From: a virus | DNA length: 64,000 nucleotides | Virus record (IMG/VR): IMGVR_UViG_3300037116_000062 | Coordinates: 6,120-70,119 of that record | Reading direction: 5' to 3' (one strand) | Shown here: positions 8,070 through 18,055 of the stretch, in pieces | How positions within the stretch are numbered: position 1 is the first letter of the stretch | How the letters are laid out: every line of letters begins with the position of its first letter | Notes under the pieces: generated by a model | Seen by the model: only the letters and a program-made list of their open reading frames with translations | What the model was told of the DNA's origin: nothing | Database searches by the model: none | Program-made: the position numbers and the translations under genes

Positions 8070-8758
8070 TGAACGTAGGCGTGTACATTGCAGCGGGCCC
8101 GAACCCGATTTTCCTCCGGCTGTTTATGGCTCAATTGGCCCGACAGATAGTCCTCCCCCGATTCTTGTCCATCTACGAAAATGGATGCGACAAGTCGGCC
8201 TTCGACTGGGCATGCAGCGCAATCGTGAAAGAGTTGACTGCGAAGGGCGTGCAAGTCCTGCACACCCACGAGTCCGCCCCCGCGAACACTATCAAGCGGT
8301 ATTTCCTGCCGCTCCAGACCCTGCAGCACAAGACGGCCACCGACATCTTCTTGAAGATGGACCTGGACGACTTTTACACGGACGATTATGTCCCGAACAT
8401 GGCTCTCGCTCTCGGCAAGCACGACATCGCCATCAACTTGAACAACGCTATCTTGCTCGTGCGCCCCTTTCACGGAGACTTCAAGTACAAGCCTGTCGTG
8501 CAGATGAAGCACTCCCCGATTGGCGCGGCACCCGCGCACGTCTCATTCAACCGTAAGTTCGCTGAGAAGTATCTCGGCTCCCTCGCGGGCGCGATCGACC
8601 GTATAGACGTCGCTGATGACGAAATCATGGCGGCTGCGATGGAAGGAATGGACGTTCACCGTTTTGACGGACCCGTCGACTACACCTACGTGAGTCACGG
8701 GAACAACCATTCGTCATACGCGTGGCAAGCGACAGGCGGACGAATCTATCTCGACTAG
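8069..8758 (+). CDS. Putative GT-A glycosyltransferase
   Basis: FLKMDLDDFY DxD motif; C-terminal YVSHGNN. Confidence 0.65.
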   Translation: MNVGVYIAAGPNPIFLRLFMAQLARQIVLPRFLSIYENGCDKSAFDWACSAIVKELTAKGVQVLHTHESAPANTIKRYFLPLQTLQHKTATDIFLKMDLDDFYTDDYVPNMALALGKHDIAINLNNAILLVRPFHGDFKYKPVVQMKHSPIGAAPAHVSFNRKFAEKYLGSLAGAIDRIDVADDEIMAAAMEGMDVHRFDGPVDYTYVSHGNNHSSYAWQATGGRIYLD

Positions 8759-8766
8759 GAGGGGAA

Positions 8767-9498
8767 GTGATAACCCTAACGCTGAGTGGCGGGTTGGGCA
8801 ACCAACTTTTTCAGTATGCATTTGGCCGATCGCTCATGGCAAAACACGACGTGACCTTTCTGCGGAATACTGGCGAGCGCGGATACCAACTGGGGAATTT
8901 CAACACGAAGGTGACCCTAGTCGATAAAGCGAACGGGCCATACCTCGATCAGCGAGATACGCGCTACAACCCAGACTATGCGAACCTGCCAGACCCGAGC
9001 ACAGTGTGCTGTGGCTGGTGGCAAAGCGAGAAATATTTCTCAAACGTTTCCGCGGAACTCCGCGAAGAACTGACCCTCAAGAGTTGGCCGAGCCAATCCG
9101 CCCAGGACATAGCGCGTAAGATGCGCAACTGTGACAGCATCATTCTCTCGTTTCGACGAGGCGACTGTTACGAAACTGACAACCGCCTGCCGATGAGTTA
9201 CTACAACCACGCAATCGAACAGATGAGCGGATTGAAGGATCCACATCTGTTCATATTCAGTGACGTGCCGATCACCGAGACGTTTCCGATCCCGGCTACG
9301 ATCGTGCCGCATAGCACGCCTGGGGGCATCTGGCTCATGAGTATGTGCAAGCACGCCATCCTTGCGAATTCCACCTATCCGTGGTGGGGCGCATGGTTGA
9401 GACGTGAGGAAGGAATTACGATTGCCCCCAAGATGTGGTATCCCACGGGCGATCAGGACATAGTCCCCGAACGTTGGGCACAAGTACAGAGTTTTTAG
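8767..9498 (+). CDS. Glycosyltransferase family 11 (alpha-1,2-fucosyltransferase-like)
   Basis: GGLGNQLFQYA, GWWQSEKYF, FRRGD, FIFSD and ANSTYPWWGAWL. Confidence 0.9.
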   Translation: MITLTLSGGLGNQLFQYAFGRSLMAKHDVTFLRNTGERGYQLGNFNTKVTLVDKANGPYLDQRDTRYNPDYANLPDPSTVCCGWWQSEKYFSNVSAELREELTLKSWPSQSAQDIARKMRNCDSIILSFRRGDCYETDNRLPMSYYNHAIEQMSGLKDPHLFIFSDVPITETFPIPATIVPHSTPGGIWLMSMCKHAILANSTYPWWGAWLRREEGITIAPKMWYPTGDQDIVPERWAQVQSF

Positions 9499-9506
9499 GA
9501 GGGCGT

Positions 9507-10505
9507 ATGGCACGGATTCTCGTTACAGGCGCAGGTGGATTCATCGGACACCACTTGGTGAAGAAGTTGAAAGCCGCCGGGCATTTTGTCCGCGGCATTG
9601 ACATCAAATATCCTGAGTACGAGAAGACCGCCGCGGACGAGTTCTGGATTAAGGATTTGCGTTGGGACTACAACGCTTTTGCTTCGTTCAATGGCGAACC
9701 GTTCTGCAACCGAGAGTTCGACGAAGTGTACAGCCTCGCGGCAGATATGGGCGGGATCGGGTACATCACTAGCCATCTCGCGGACATCGCACGGAACAAC
9801 ATCCTCATCAACGTGAACATGCTGGAAGCCGCGCGCCTCTTCGGAGTAAGCAAGTATCTCTATACATCCTCCGCGTGCGTGTACGCGCAGTCCAAACAGC
9901 ACGACGCGAATGTCATCCCCCTCAAAGAGGAAGACGCATACCCCGCCGATCCCGAACCTGGGTACGGTTGGGAGAAACTGTTCGCTGAAGAAATGTGCAA
10001 GTACTACCGCAAAGACTTCGGGATGGACACGAAGATCGTGCGATTCCACAACGTGTACGGCCCCCTCGGAACATATGACGGCGGGCGTGAGAAATCCCCC
10101 GCGGCATTGAGCCGCAAGATCGCCAAGACCGCAGATGGTGGCGTTCTCGAAATTTGGGGTGACGGGAAGCAGACGCGCTCCTACATGTACATCGACGACT
10201 GCGTCAAAGGGCTCATGCACCTAATGGCGTCAGACTACCACGAGCCTTTGAACCTCGGCACGGATGAACTTCTTACCATTGACCAGCAGGCGGAAATCAC
10301 CTGCAAAGTGGCGGGCAAGACTCTTACCTTTCAGCACGACTTGACTAAACCGCAGGGCGTGCGCGGGCGCAACAGTGACAACACGCGGCTCCGCGAAGTA
10401 CTCGGATGGGAGCCAAAGACGACGTTCGCCGAAGGCATGGCAAAGACATATCCTTGGATCGCAGAACAGGTAACGTCCATAACTATGGACACTAACCCCA
10501 GTTAG
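9507..10505 (+). CDS. GDP-mannose 3,5-epimerase-like NAD-dependent epimerase
   Basis: GAGGFIG, LAADMGGIG, SSACVY, YGWEK, GGREKSPAA and GVRGRNSDN. Confidence 0.9.
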   Translation: MARILVTGAGGFIGHHLVKKLKAAGHFVRGIDIKYPEYEKTAADEFWIKDLRWDYNAFASFNGEPFCNREFDEVYSLAADMGGIGYITSHLADIARNNILINVNMLEAARLFGVSKYLYTSSACVYAQSKQHDANVIPLKEEDAYPADPEPGYGWEKLFAEEMCKYYRKDFGMDTKIVRFHNVYGPLGTYDGGREKSPAALSRKIAKTADGGVLEIWGDGKQTRSYMYIDDCVKGLMHLMASDYHEPLNLGTDELLTIDQQAEITCKVAGKTLTFQHDLTKPQGVRGRNSDNTRLREVLGWEPKTTFAEGMAKTYPWIAEQVTSITMDTNPS

Positions 10506-10537
10506 CGACCATAACTGTGAACCCTAAGAAGGTGAGT

Positions 10538-10636
10538 ATGTGGATGAGGCGTTGCCCAAAGTGCGGCACGGATCTTCGCAAAAAACATCTAGGGGATATC
10601 CTGTGGTGTTTGTGTGGCTGGGTTTGGGGGGACTAA
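10538..10636 (+). CDS. 32-aa zinc-ribbon microprotein (not in the ORF track)
   Basis: MWMRRCPKCGTDLRKKHLGDILWCLCGWVWGD; AAGGTG RBS; TAAATG coupling to the next gene. Confidence 0.55.
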   Translation: MWMRRCPKCGTDLRKKHLGDILWCLCGWVWGD

Positions 10637-11308
10637 ATGCCAAAGGTCTTAGTTGCCATATCTTCTTGTCAGAGTTATGAAGCATCTGGTCTGAATGACC
10701 CGATGCGCGAGACGTGGTTGACAGCCCTCCCCCAAGGCTGGGACTATAAGTTCTTCCACGGTCGCGGCGCACAGTCGAAGCATGACGTCGTAGTACTTGA
10801 CGTAGATGACGGGCTTGGCGGACTCACTGAGAAGGCGAAGGCAAAAGCGCGCTGGGCGATTGACAACGGATACGATTACATCTTCTCCTGCTTCCCCGAT
10901 ACGTACGCGAACGCAGATCGTCTCGCGGCGAGCGGGTTTGAGAAGTTCGATTACCTCGGAAACGTATACAAGTTCCCGAACGCGAACTCCAGTTTCTGTC
11001 AGGGCGGTCCTGGGTACTTCATGAGTCGCAAGTCTTGTGTGTATCTCGTAAACAATTCGGCCAGTTACCTGAACGACGATACCTTCATCGGCGACACACT
11101 AAATCGCGCGGACATCCTGCGGTTCGACCACCGCGGCTTCACCACATGCGGCCCAGGTCCACTGAAGACAAATGACTCGATCACGAACCACTTGAGCACG
11201 CAGCCCGGGGGGTTCACGGGGCACAACATGCGCGAGGAGCACGAGAGATGGCTAAAGTCTTTTACACATATTTGTGGCTCAGAGAAGACGGAACCCCCTA
11301 CTATGTAG
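10637..11308 (+). CDS. GT31/Fringe-like glycosyltransferase paralog
   Basis: MRETW, YKFFHGR, LTEK, DNGYDY, QGGPGY and NDDTFIG; the DxD position reads FPD. Confidence 0.7.
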   Translation: MPKVLVAISSCQSYEASGLNDPMRETWLTALPQGWDYKFFHGRGAQSKHDVVVLDVDDGLGGLTEKAKAKARWAIDNGYDYIFSCFPDTYANADRLAASGFEKFDYLGNVYKFPNANSSFCQGGPGYFMSRKSCVYLVNNSASYLNDDTFIGDTLNRADILRFDHRGFTTCGPGPLKTNDSITNHLSTQPGGFTGHNMREEHERWLKSFTHICGSEKTEPPTM

Positions 11309-11736
11309 GTAAAGGTTCTGGGAATAGGGGATTTACAAGCAAGAGACATAGGTTCAGACGCCCGCCCTGCGCCGAGCGTATTGTTGCTCAGGAGTTTGTT
11401 TCAGAGAGGGATGCCCTCTTTGCCGAACAGTTGCTAATCGCCGTCTACGGAAGACAAGACCTCGGGACCGGGATATTGAGGAACCTAACAGATGGTGGAG
11501 ACAACCCCCCTAGGGGCACCCCGTCCAGTTATGCTAAAGCGTCTCTGTCTCTACAAGGACGCCCCGGGGGTTTTAAGGGACGCAGACATACTGAAGAGAC
11601 GAGGGAAAAGATGCGCGCTGCTGCCGCTGCGATTGGCGCACGGAGGGGTCGCAATCGCGGTTTCCTTGTCTCCGAAGAGACAAGAAAGAAACTGAGTGAC
11701 CGAGCATGGCAACAACATCACCTGTTCGTATACTAG
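11248..11736 (+). mobile_element. Free-standing GIY-YIG-like homing endonuclease with NUMOD3 tail
   Basis: FYTYLWLREDGTPYYVGKG, NLTDGG and HTEETREKM; overlaps both neighbours. Confidence 0.85.
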
Positions 11737-12362
11737 TTGGAGTCCCGTTCTTCCGCATCCCAGAACTATCGCGGCAGTGCTTGTCGTCCCTCATGGGGAC
11801 ACCCGCGGACATCCTTGCGATAGACAACGCCGCCGACGGCGACGTGAAGCAAGTCATCAGAGAATTCGGCAGCAGGGTGAAAGTCATATCGAACCCGACC
11901 AATGGATTTTGCAACGGTGGGTGGAATCAAATTCTGGAGTACGGTTTGGAGCACGAGTACGACATCATCGGACTCGGGTCTTCAGACGTAATCCTTCACA
12001 GGGGATGGTACGAATCCCTCGTAGCGCGCTCAACCGCCGCTACCGACGAGGTGTGGATCCCTCGGATAGGAACCCCGACATCGGGAGTTGAAGTAGCCCA
12101 GAACATCGCGGGTTTCTTCACCTTCCTCCCGCTCGCCGCGGCGCGATTGGTTTGCCCAATCCCCCGAACGGTGAGGCATTGGTTTGGTGACCTGTACATG
12201 TTTCAGACGCTCCGCGCCGCGGGGTGGAAGACGGTCGTGTTGAACAGCATTTCCGCGGACCACAGTTGGTCTGCCGTCACCGCGAGAACACCTGAGGCTT
12301 ATGCCGTAATTGCTCAGGACAAGATTGCATGGAGGGCCCTCGGATATCCGTGGGTCGATTAG
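11706..12362 (+). CDS. GT2-like glycosyltransferase
   Basis: ILAIDN, NGFCNGGWNQ and WFGD. Confidence 0.75.
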   Translation: MATTSPVRILVGVPFFRIPELSRQCLSSLMGTPADILAIDNAADGDVKQVIREFGSRVKVISNPTNGFCNGGWNQILEYGLEHEYDIIGLGSSDVILHRGWYESLVARSTAATDEVWIPRIGTPTSGVEVAQNIAGFFTFLPLAAARLVCPIPRTVRHWFGDLYMFQTLRAAGWKTVVLNSISADHSWSAVTARTPEAYAVIAQDKIAWRALGYPWVD

Positions 12363-12369
12363 GGGGACT

Positions 12370-13236
12370 ATGAGAATCGACGCGTTTCCGTTCAGTGATG
12401 AATTGAACATGCTGGAACTCAGACTCGGCCAACTGGACGAAGTCGTTGACAAGTTCGTTCTCGTAGAGACTGGCCGAACGTACAGCGGTCTGCCTAAGCC
12501 GCGCTACTACCAAGAGAACAAGGAACGGTTCGCAAAGTGGAATCACAAGATCGTCGCGTCCGCCCCCGAGTTGGGCAACGCGGGATCCTGGGCATTCGAA
12601 GCGATCCAGCGGGAAGTCATCCCTGGCTTGATTCGCAGCTTCAACCCCGATCCGCAAAGCACGCTGACATTCTCTGATTTGGACGAGATCCCGAACCCCG
12701 AAGTCATCGCGTCGTACACGCCAGACATGGGATTGCGGAACCTCCTGCAGTGGACGTACTACTACAATTTCAATCGCCTGTTCAACTACGGCGAACGCTC
12801 ATGGTCACGCGCACGCATCGGCACCGTCCAGCACATGTACGATCATGGCGCGGTCGGTTTCCGCGGCGGCTGGCCAGCAGGGCGCGACATGGATCACTCC
12901 TTCCCCTCCATCCCGAATGGTGGATGGCACGGGAGCTACTTTCACCCGACAGTTGACATCATCCGTAGGAAAGTCCACAGCATCTCCCACGACGATTTGT
13001 GGGCCGAGTTCGACGCACGGACTGACGCGCAAGTTGCAGCAGACATCCACGAGGGCAAGGACATCTACCATCGCTACAACGCGACACGTGGCGTGGATTC
13101 GTTCTGGGGCACTTGGGTTGACACGGCTGGCGTAACTGCCGACCATCGTCTGCCGCCTTACTTCCTCGCGAATCAAGAGCGTTTCAAGATGTTCACGGAC
13201 GCGCACTTCGTCGAGACGAACAAGCACCTATTCTAG
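12370..13236 (+). CDS. Glycosyltransferase family 17 (beta-1,4-GlcNAc transferase-like)
   Basis: DAFPFSDELNMLELRL, VDKFVLVE, SDLDEIP and GGWHGSYF. Confidence 0.88.
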   Translation: MRIDAFPFSDELNMLELRLGQLDEVVDKFVLVETGRTYSGLPKPRYYQENKERFAKWNHKIVASAPELGNAGSWAFEAIQREVIPGLIRSFNPDPQSTLTFSDLDEIPNPEVIASYTPDMGLRNLLQWTYYYNFNRLFNYGERSWSRARIGTVQHMYDHGAVGFRGGWPAGRDMDHSFPSIPNGGWHGSYFHPTVDIIRRKVHSISHDDLWAEFDARTDAQVAADIHEGKDIYHRYNATRGVDSFWGTWVDTAGVTADHRLPPYFLANQERFKMFTDAHFVETNKHLF

Positions 13237-13244
13237 GAGGAGTC

Positions 13245-14483
13245 ATGGGGATGCCGCCCTACGCATCAAATTTTAGCGAAGGGTTCATCCCAGGCGTCAC
13301 CCCCGTCCTTTACTCGGGCCCCTACTGGGATCACCGCGAGTTGGAAATGGGGACGCAAGCGTTCCTCACGGGCAAGTGGCTCACGACAGGCGAGTACGTC
13401 GCCCGCTTTCAGAACAAGTTCGCCCAGCACTTTGGCGTGAAGTACGCGCACATGGTCAACTCGGGTAGTTCCGCGAATCTCGTGATGATCGCGGCGCTCA
13501 AGAAGCACATGGACTGGCAAGACGGAGATGAAGTCATCGTATCACCTGTTGGATTCCCGACAACGATTGCCCCACTTGTTCAGAACAATCTCAAGCCAGT
13601 TTTCGTCGACATCGAGATGAGCACGCTGAATTTCGACCTGAATTTGTTCAAATCGGCGATCACCCCAAAAACGGTAGCGATTTTCGTATCGCCTGTTCTC
13701 GGCAACCCGCCGCACATGGACGAACTGAAGTCGATCGGCCTCCCCCTCATCGGGGACAATTGTGACAGCCTCGGCTCTAAGTGGAACGGGAAGTATCTCA
13801 CTGAAGCCTACATCGCATGGAGCACTTCGTTCTACCCCGCCCACCACATTACGACGGGAGAGGGCGGAATGGTCTGCTCAGACGACGCCGAACTCATGAA
13901 GACAGTGAAAAGCATGTCTTGGTGGGGCAGGGACTGCTACTGCGTGGGCGCAGCCAACCTTCTATCCTGCGGAACATGCGGCAAGCGTTTCGACAAGTGG
14001 ATCGAGGGATCCGACTCTATCGTCGACCACAAATATCTGTTCACGAACATAGGCTATAACCTGAAACCGCTGGACATGCAGGGCGCAATCGGACTCGCGC
14101 AGATGGAGAAGATCGAGGAGATTGAACTCCTCCGCAGGAAGAACTTCCGCCAATTGGCCTGTCTGTTTGACATCCCAGGCGTGCGCGTGGCGACTTCCCA
14201 TTCCCAAGCGGATGCATGTTGGTTCGGTGTTCCGATCATCTGCGATACCGCGGAGATCAAGAACAGCCTCGTCGCGCACTTGGAAGCGAACAAGATTCAG
14301 ACTCGTCCGTACTTCGCGGGCAACATCCTACGCCACCCAGGATACAAAGCCTTGGGAGACGCGAGCATGTTCCCCAACGCAAATCAGGTGTGGGACAAAG
14401 TGTTCTTCATCGGTTGTCCGCCTCACTACGACAACACCATCATAGACTACATCGAGGGGGTTGTCGGGTCATGGAAAATCTAA
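13245..14483 (+). CDS. rfbH: CDP-4-keto-6-deoxyglucose 3-dehydrase E1 (DegT/DnrJ family)
   Basis: NSGSSANL and DNCDSLG; SFYPAHHITTGEGG has His in place of the PLP Lys; GRDCYC...CG Fe-S ligands. Confidence 0.88.
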   Translation: MGMPPYASNFSEGFIPGVTPVLYSGPYWDHRELEMGTQAFLTGKWLTTGEYVARFQNKFAQHFGVKYAHMVNSGSSANLVMIAALKKHMDWQDGDEVIVSPVGFPTTIAPLVQNNLKPVFVDIEMSTLNFDLNLFKSAITPKTVAIFVSPVLGNPPHMDELKSIGLPLIGDNCDSLGSKWNGKYLTEAYIAWSTSFYPAHHITTGEGGMVCSDDAELMKTVKSMSWWGRDCYCVGAANLLSCGTCGKRFDKWIEGSDSIVDHKYLFTNIGYNLKPLDMQGAIGLAQMEKIEEIELLRRKNFRQLACLFDIPGVRVATSHSQADACWFGVPIICDTAEIKNSLVAHLEANKIQTRPYFAGNILRHPGYKALGDASMFPNANQVWDKVFFIGCPPHYDNTIIDYIEGVVGSWKI

Positions 14484-14971
14484 CTTTTTACACATATTTG
14501 TGGCTCCGAGAAGATGGCACTCCCTACTATGTCGGGAAGGGAACAAAAAAGCGTGCATGGCGTAAAGGGAGCCCTCCGTCAGAACGTGTCCTAATCCAAG
14601 AGTTCCCTTCTGAAGAAGACGCCTTCCTGTCTGAAAGATTTCTTATCGCCCTGTACGGGCGTGAAGATTTGTTAGAAGGATGTCTCATAAATCTTACAGA
14701 TGGTGGCGATAATCCGCCCCTAAGTACCCCCGCAAGTAGGGCGAAGGCGGCAGCGACGACAAGAGGTCAGAAGCGACCTCCGCTTACGGCGGAATGGAGA
14801 CGAAAAATATCCGAAGCTAAGAAAGGCAAGCCCCGTCCGTGGGAAGTGCTGACTGAATCGTCAAAGAAAAAGATTTCGATGGCCTTACGAGGTCGAACAG
14901 GTATTCCAAGAAGTCATAAAGGAAAACCTTGGTCTATCGCCCGACGAGCCGCTTATGAGAAGATGATATGA
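14471..14971 (+). mobile_element. Free-standing GIY-YIG-like homing endonuclease (NUMOD3)
   Basis: FYTYLWLREDGTPYYVGKG, NLTDGG and RRKISEAKKG; start set at ATG 14471. Confidence 0.85.
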
Positions 14972-15840
14972 GCCTTACTATTTTGGGCGGACGAGGTTTC
15001 GTCGGCAGCAATTACGTGAAAGCCTTCTACGACCCCGCGGTCGGCAACATCGCATCGATCAACGGTCGCGATAACTACAACGTCTTCAGTAAGGACGTCC
15101 TGTACTTTATCAGCACCGTTCACAACTACCACGTGTTTGACGCGCCCTTGCGTGACATCGACACGAACCTGACCACCCTTGTTCAGGTGCTGGAATCATG
15201 GAGAGCGCGCCCTGACGCGCGTGATGGGGTGTTCAACTTCATCAGTTCATGGTTCGTTTATGGAGGCAGCAAAATTCGGCACGACGTTCACGAGAGCGAG
15301 TATTGTGACCCGAAGGGGTTCTACTCGATCACCAAGCGTTGCGCGGAGCAACTGCTCGCATCCTACTGTGCGACGTACGGGCTGAAGTATCGCATCCTGC
15401 GATTGGCCAACGTCCTCGGGGATGATCTGAAAGCGTCCGCGAAGAAGAACGCGCTGCAGTATATGATCGGCCAGTTGAGCAGGAACGAACCTGTGCAGAT
15501 CTACGGCACGGGCGACTTCCACCGGGATTACATCCATGTGAACGACTGCGTGACCGCGATCGACCTCGTCATCACCCACGGCGATCTGAATCAGATCTAC
15601 AACATTGGCAACGGGAAGACGTGGAAGTTCAAGGATATCATTCAGCACGTCCGCGAACGCCTGGGCTCTAAGAGCGACGTAACATTCATAGAGCCAAAAG
15701 ATTTCCACAAGATTGTGCAGTCCACCAGCTTCTATATGAACGTGGACAGTTTGAAAGGGTTGGGTTACATCCCCACATTGACGGAGGAGACATTATGGGA
15801 GTCAACCTATGAAAACTTTGATAGCAGTGGTGAATGCTAG
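14968..15840 (+). CDS. NAD-dependent epimerase/reductase (SDR; possible 3,6-dideoxyhexose 4-reductase)
   Basis: GGRGFVG, YSITK (YxxxK) and RDYIHVND. Confidence 0.85.
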   Translation: MSLTILGGRGFVGSNYVKAFYDPAVGNIASINGRDNYNVFSKDVLYFISTVHNYHVFDAPLRDIDTNLTTLVQVLESWRARPDARDGVFNFISSWFVYGGSKIRHDVHESEYCDPKGFYSITKRCAEQLLASYCATYGLKYRILRLANVLGDDLKASAKKNALQYMIGQLSRNEPVQIYGTGDFHRDYIHVNDCVTAIDLVITHGDLNQIYNIGNGKTWKFKDIIQHVRERLGSKSDVTFIEPKDFHKIVQSTSFYMNVDSLKGLGYIPTLTEETLWESTYENFDSSGEC

Positions 15841-16561
15841 ACACCGCAGTGATTGGCGCGAGAGAATTCGCAAGACATGGGGCCCGCAAGTTCCCAGAGA
15901 CTTAGGCGTTGACGCCTTTTTCTTTGTGGGGCGCGGCGCACCTATCGCTGACATGGACAGCGTGGTCGAACTCGACTGCAATGACGACTACAAGTCGATC
16001 CCAGAAAAGGTACGATCGGTCGCAAAATGGGCCCGCGAGCACGGGTATCACTACATGCTCAAGTGCGACGATGACGTCGTCCTTCGCCCCAAAGATTTCG
16101 CAGCAAGCGGGTATGAGGCGCACAAGTATTCAGGTCGGGCCAACCGCCCGCCGCAACCGTACACAGTGCCCTACGGGTTCTGCTACGTGTTGGACGGCGA
16201 GTGTATGGATGTGGTTATCCAGAGCCCGCTGCCCACGGGTCACCCCGAGCCGTTCGACGACGAGCGGTGGGTCGCAGAGATCCTGTGGAACCGAAACATC
16301 TCACTCACGGACGTGCGCAGGTATCAACTCTGCCACTACGTGAACTACGACAGGGATCCAAAGAACGCTTTCGCCTTCTGCATCCATCTACCCGATGCCC
16401 AGGCGGTCAAGCTGCTTGAGTACGACAAGGTTTTCGCTCGATATGGCGACTCTGCTGGCGTCCCCTCGCTGGCCTTGCGCAACGGGCAGGAGTTCGTGAA
16501 TCGCCGACGAGGCTACGCGGACAACACCAATCTAGTTCAGAACTGGTGGGACACACATTAG
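15809..16561 (+). CDS. GT31/Fringe-like glycosyltransferase paralog
   Basis: RERIRKTW, DDYKSIPEK and LKCDDDV. Confidence 0.8.
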   Translation: MKTLIAVVNARHRSDWRERIRKTWGPQVPRDLGVDAFFFVGRGAPIADMDSVVELDCNDDYKSIPEKVRSVAKWAREHGYHYMLKCDDDVVLRPKDFAASGYEAHKYSGRANRPPQPYTVPYGFCYVLDGECMDVVIQSPLPTGHPEPFDDERWVAEILWNRNISLTDVRRYQLCHYVNYDRDPKNAFAFCIHLPDAQAVKLLEYDKVFARYGDSAGVPSLALRNGQEFVNRRRGYADNTNLVQNWWDTH

Positions 16562-16569
16562 GAGATAAC

Positions 16570-16941
16570 ATGTCAGGAGCCGTTTTGAAACCCGCTGGCG
16601 ACCAAACCGCTGGCGTACAACCCAAAGGCATTACGCAGCAGTATCAATTGGCTGCAACCAACAGCAACGTGGATACGTCCACAGGCATCACCCCGTATGA
16701 CAGCGGCACAATCCTCGGAACCGTGCCCCCGGGCAAAGCGGGACTGAAATTAGTTGACGGAACCGTTCAGCGTGCGTCACAGTTGCTGAGTGATTCTACC
16801 TCGGGTAACGTGGGCAATACCCTCGTTCCTGTGTACAACCTCGCCGGGTCTGGCGCAGCCGCTGGACAAGACGGAGTGCCGACGCCGCCCACGGGCTCAA
16901 CCCCTGCTGACGGTCTGTCGCAAGCACCTTGCACGGAGTAG
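16570..16941 (+). CDS. Hypothetical G/T/P-rich protein
   Basis: AGGAGA RBS; operon context. Confidence 0.6.
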   Translation: MSGAVLKPAGDQTAGVQPKGITQQYQLAATNSNVDTSTGITPYDSGTILGTVPPGKAGLKLVDGTVQRASQLLSDSTSGNVGNTLVPVYNLAGSGAAAGQDGVPTPPTGSTPADGLSQAPCTE

Positions 16942-16949
16942 GAGGATTC

Positions 16950-17114
16950 ATGCACGTAATCATCGCAGCAGTAGTCGGCTTCGGAGTTGGGGTATTCTGC
17001 CCAGCCGTCGCCCGTGAAGTCAAGAAGGCGTTCACCGTCGAAATCTCGAAGGTGGATGCCGCAGTGAAGGCCGATGCGTCCAAGGTTGTAGCGGACGTGA
17101 AGTCGAAACTGTAA
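16950..17114 (+). CDS. Small membrane-anchored protein
   Basis: GGAGG RBS; hydrophobic N-terminus. Confidence 0.6.
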   Translation: MHVIIAAVVGFGVGVFCPAVAREVKKAFTVEISKVDAAVKADASKVVADVKSKL

Positions 17115-17312
17115 ACGTATCGCGCGGGACGCCGCGCTTTAAGGGGCGGGTTGATAGCGGGTATCCCCGCAGTTTCCCCGCCCCACGCGTTCTGAGGAGA
17201 GTCAGGAGTTAGTCGTGAACAAGTTGTACGACTGCCTGCTAGACCCGTATCACGTGTACGAAGTAATAGAATCGGCGATGTCGCCACAGGAAATACAATC
17301 TCGGGGGAGAGT

Positions 17313-17663
17313 ATGCCAAGGCCAAAAAGGAAGAGACGACCAACGCAAAATGTCCTCGCCATCCGCCTCTGGGAAGAGATAGCCCACGATCCAAAATGTC
17401 CGTACACGTTAAAAGTGTTCTGCGCGAACGCGATCGCGGTAGCGACGAAAGTCATTGAAATGGAGTTGGTACTTCCCACTACGAAGCCGCGCGCGCCCCT
17501 TGGGCGACCGACGCTAGACCAAGCCCCCGCGCTGGATGAAATGCCCCCGACGGAAGAGTTTGACGAGAACGCAGAAGCAACCAAAATGTTGGAGGATCTC
17601 AATGCCACTCATCCCCAAGGTAACGAAGGAACAGACAGCGGCATTCGCCAAATGTTGGGATAG
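17313..17663 (+). CDS. Hypothetical protein
   Basis: GGGGAG RBS; basic N-terminus and acidic C-terminus. Confidence 0.55.
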   Translation: MPRPKRKRRPTQNVLAIRLWEEIAHDPKCPYTLKVFCANAIAVATKVIEMELVLPTTKPRAPLGRPTLDQAPALDEMPPTEEFDENAEATKMLEDLNATHPQGNEGTDSGIRQMLG

Positions 17664-17877
17664 TGGTGGTATCAAAATCATCCTAGATAACACCGCAATC
17701 TCTTTTGCATGTGATTGGGCCAATATCGCACTGAAAAGTTTCGTAGCAGAAATCGCCCAAGACATGGCGAAGAAAATTGAAGCAAAGAAAGCAGCAGGCC
17801 CTCCTCCCGCGAAGATGCAGGGGGACATCACTGTTGCTCCCGAACCAAAGAAATCCAGCATCATTTTGACCGACTAG
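17602..17877 (+). CDS. Hypothetical protein
   Basis: GGAGG RBS before ATG 17602. Confidence 0.6.
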   Translation: MPLIPKVTKEQTAAFAKCWDSGGIKIILDNTAISFACDWANIALKSFVAEIAQDMAKKIEAKKAAGPPPAKMQGDITVAPEPKKSSIILTD

Positions 17878-18055
17878 TTCGGTCATATCTCACGCCGCAT
17901 TTCACGGCGGGGCGACGACTCGATCGTTCGCAGAATATAAACCCGGTGCAGAATCCTGCGCTACAACCCAAGCGGAACAATCTGTTATCACTTGATTTGT
18001 AGTTGTCTTTCGGAATGTCCACGATCCTGCAATGTGGAATACCGAAAGGATAACT

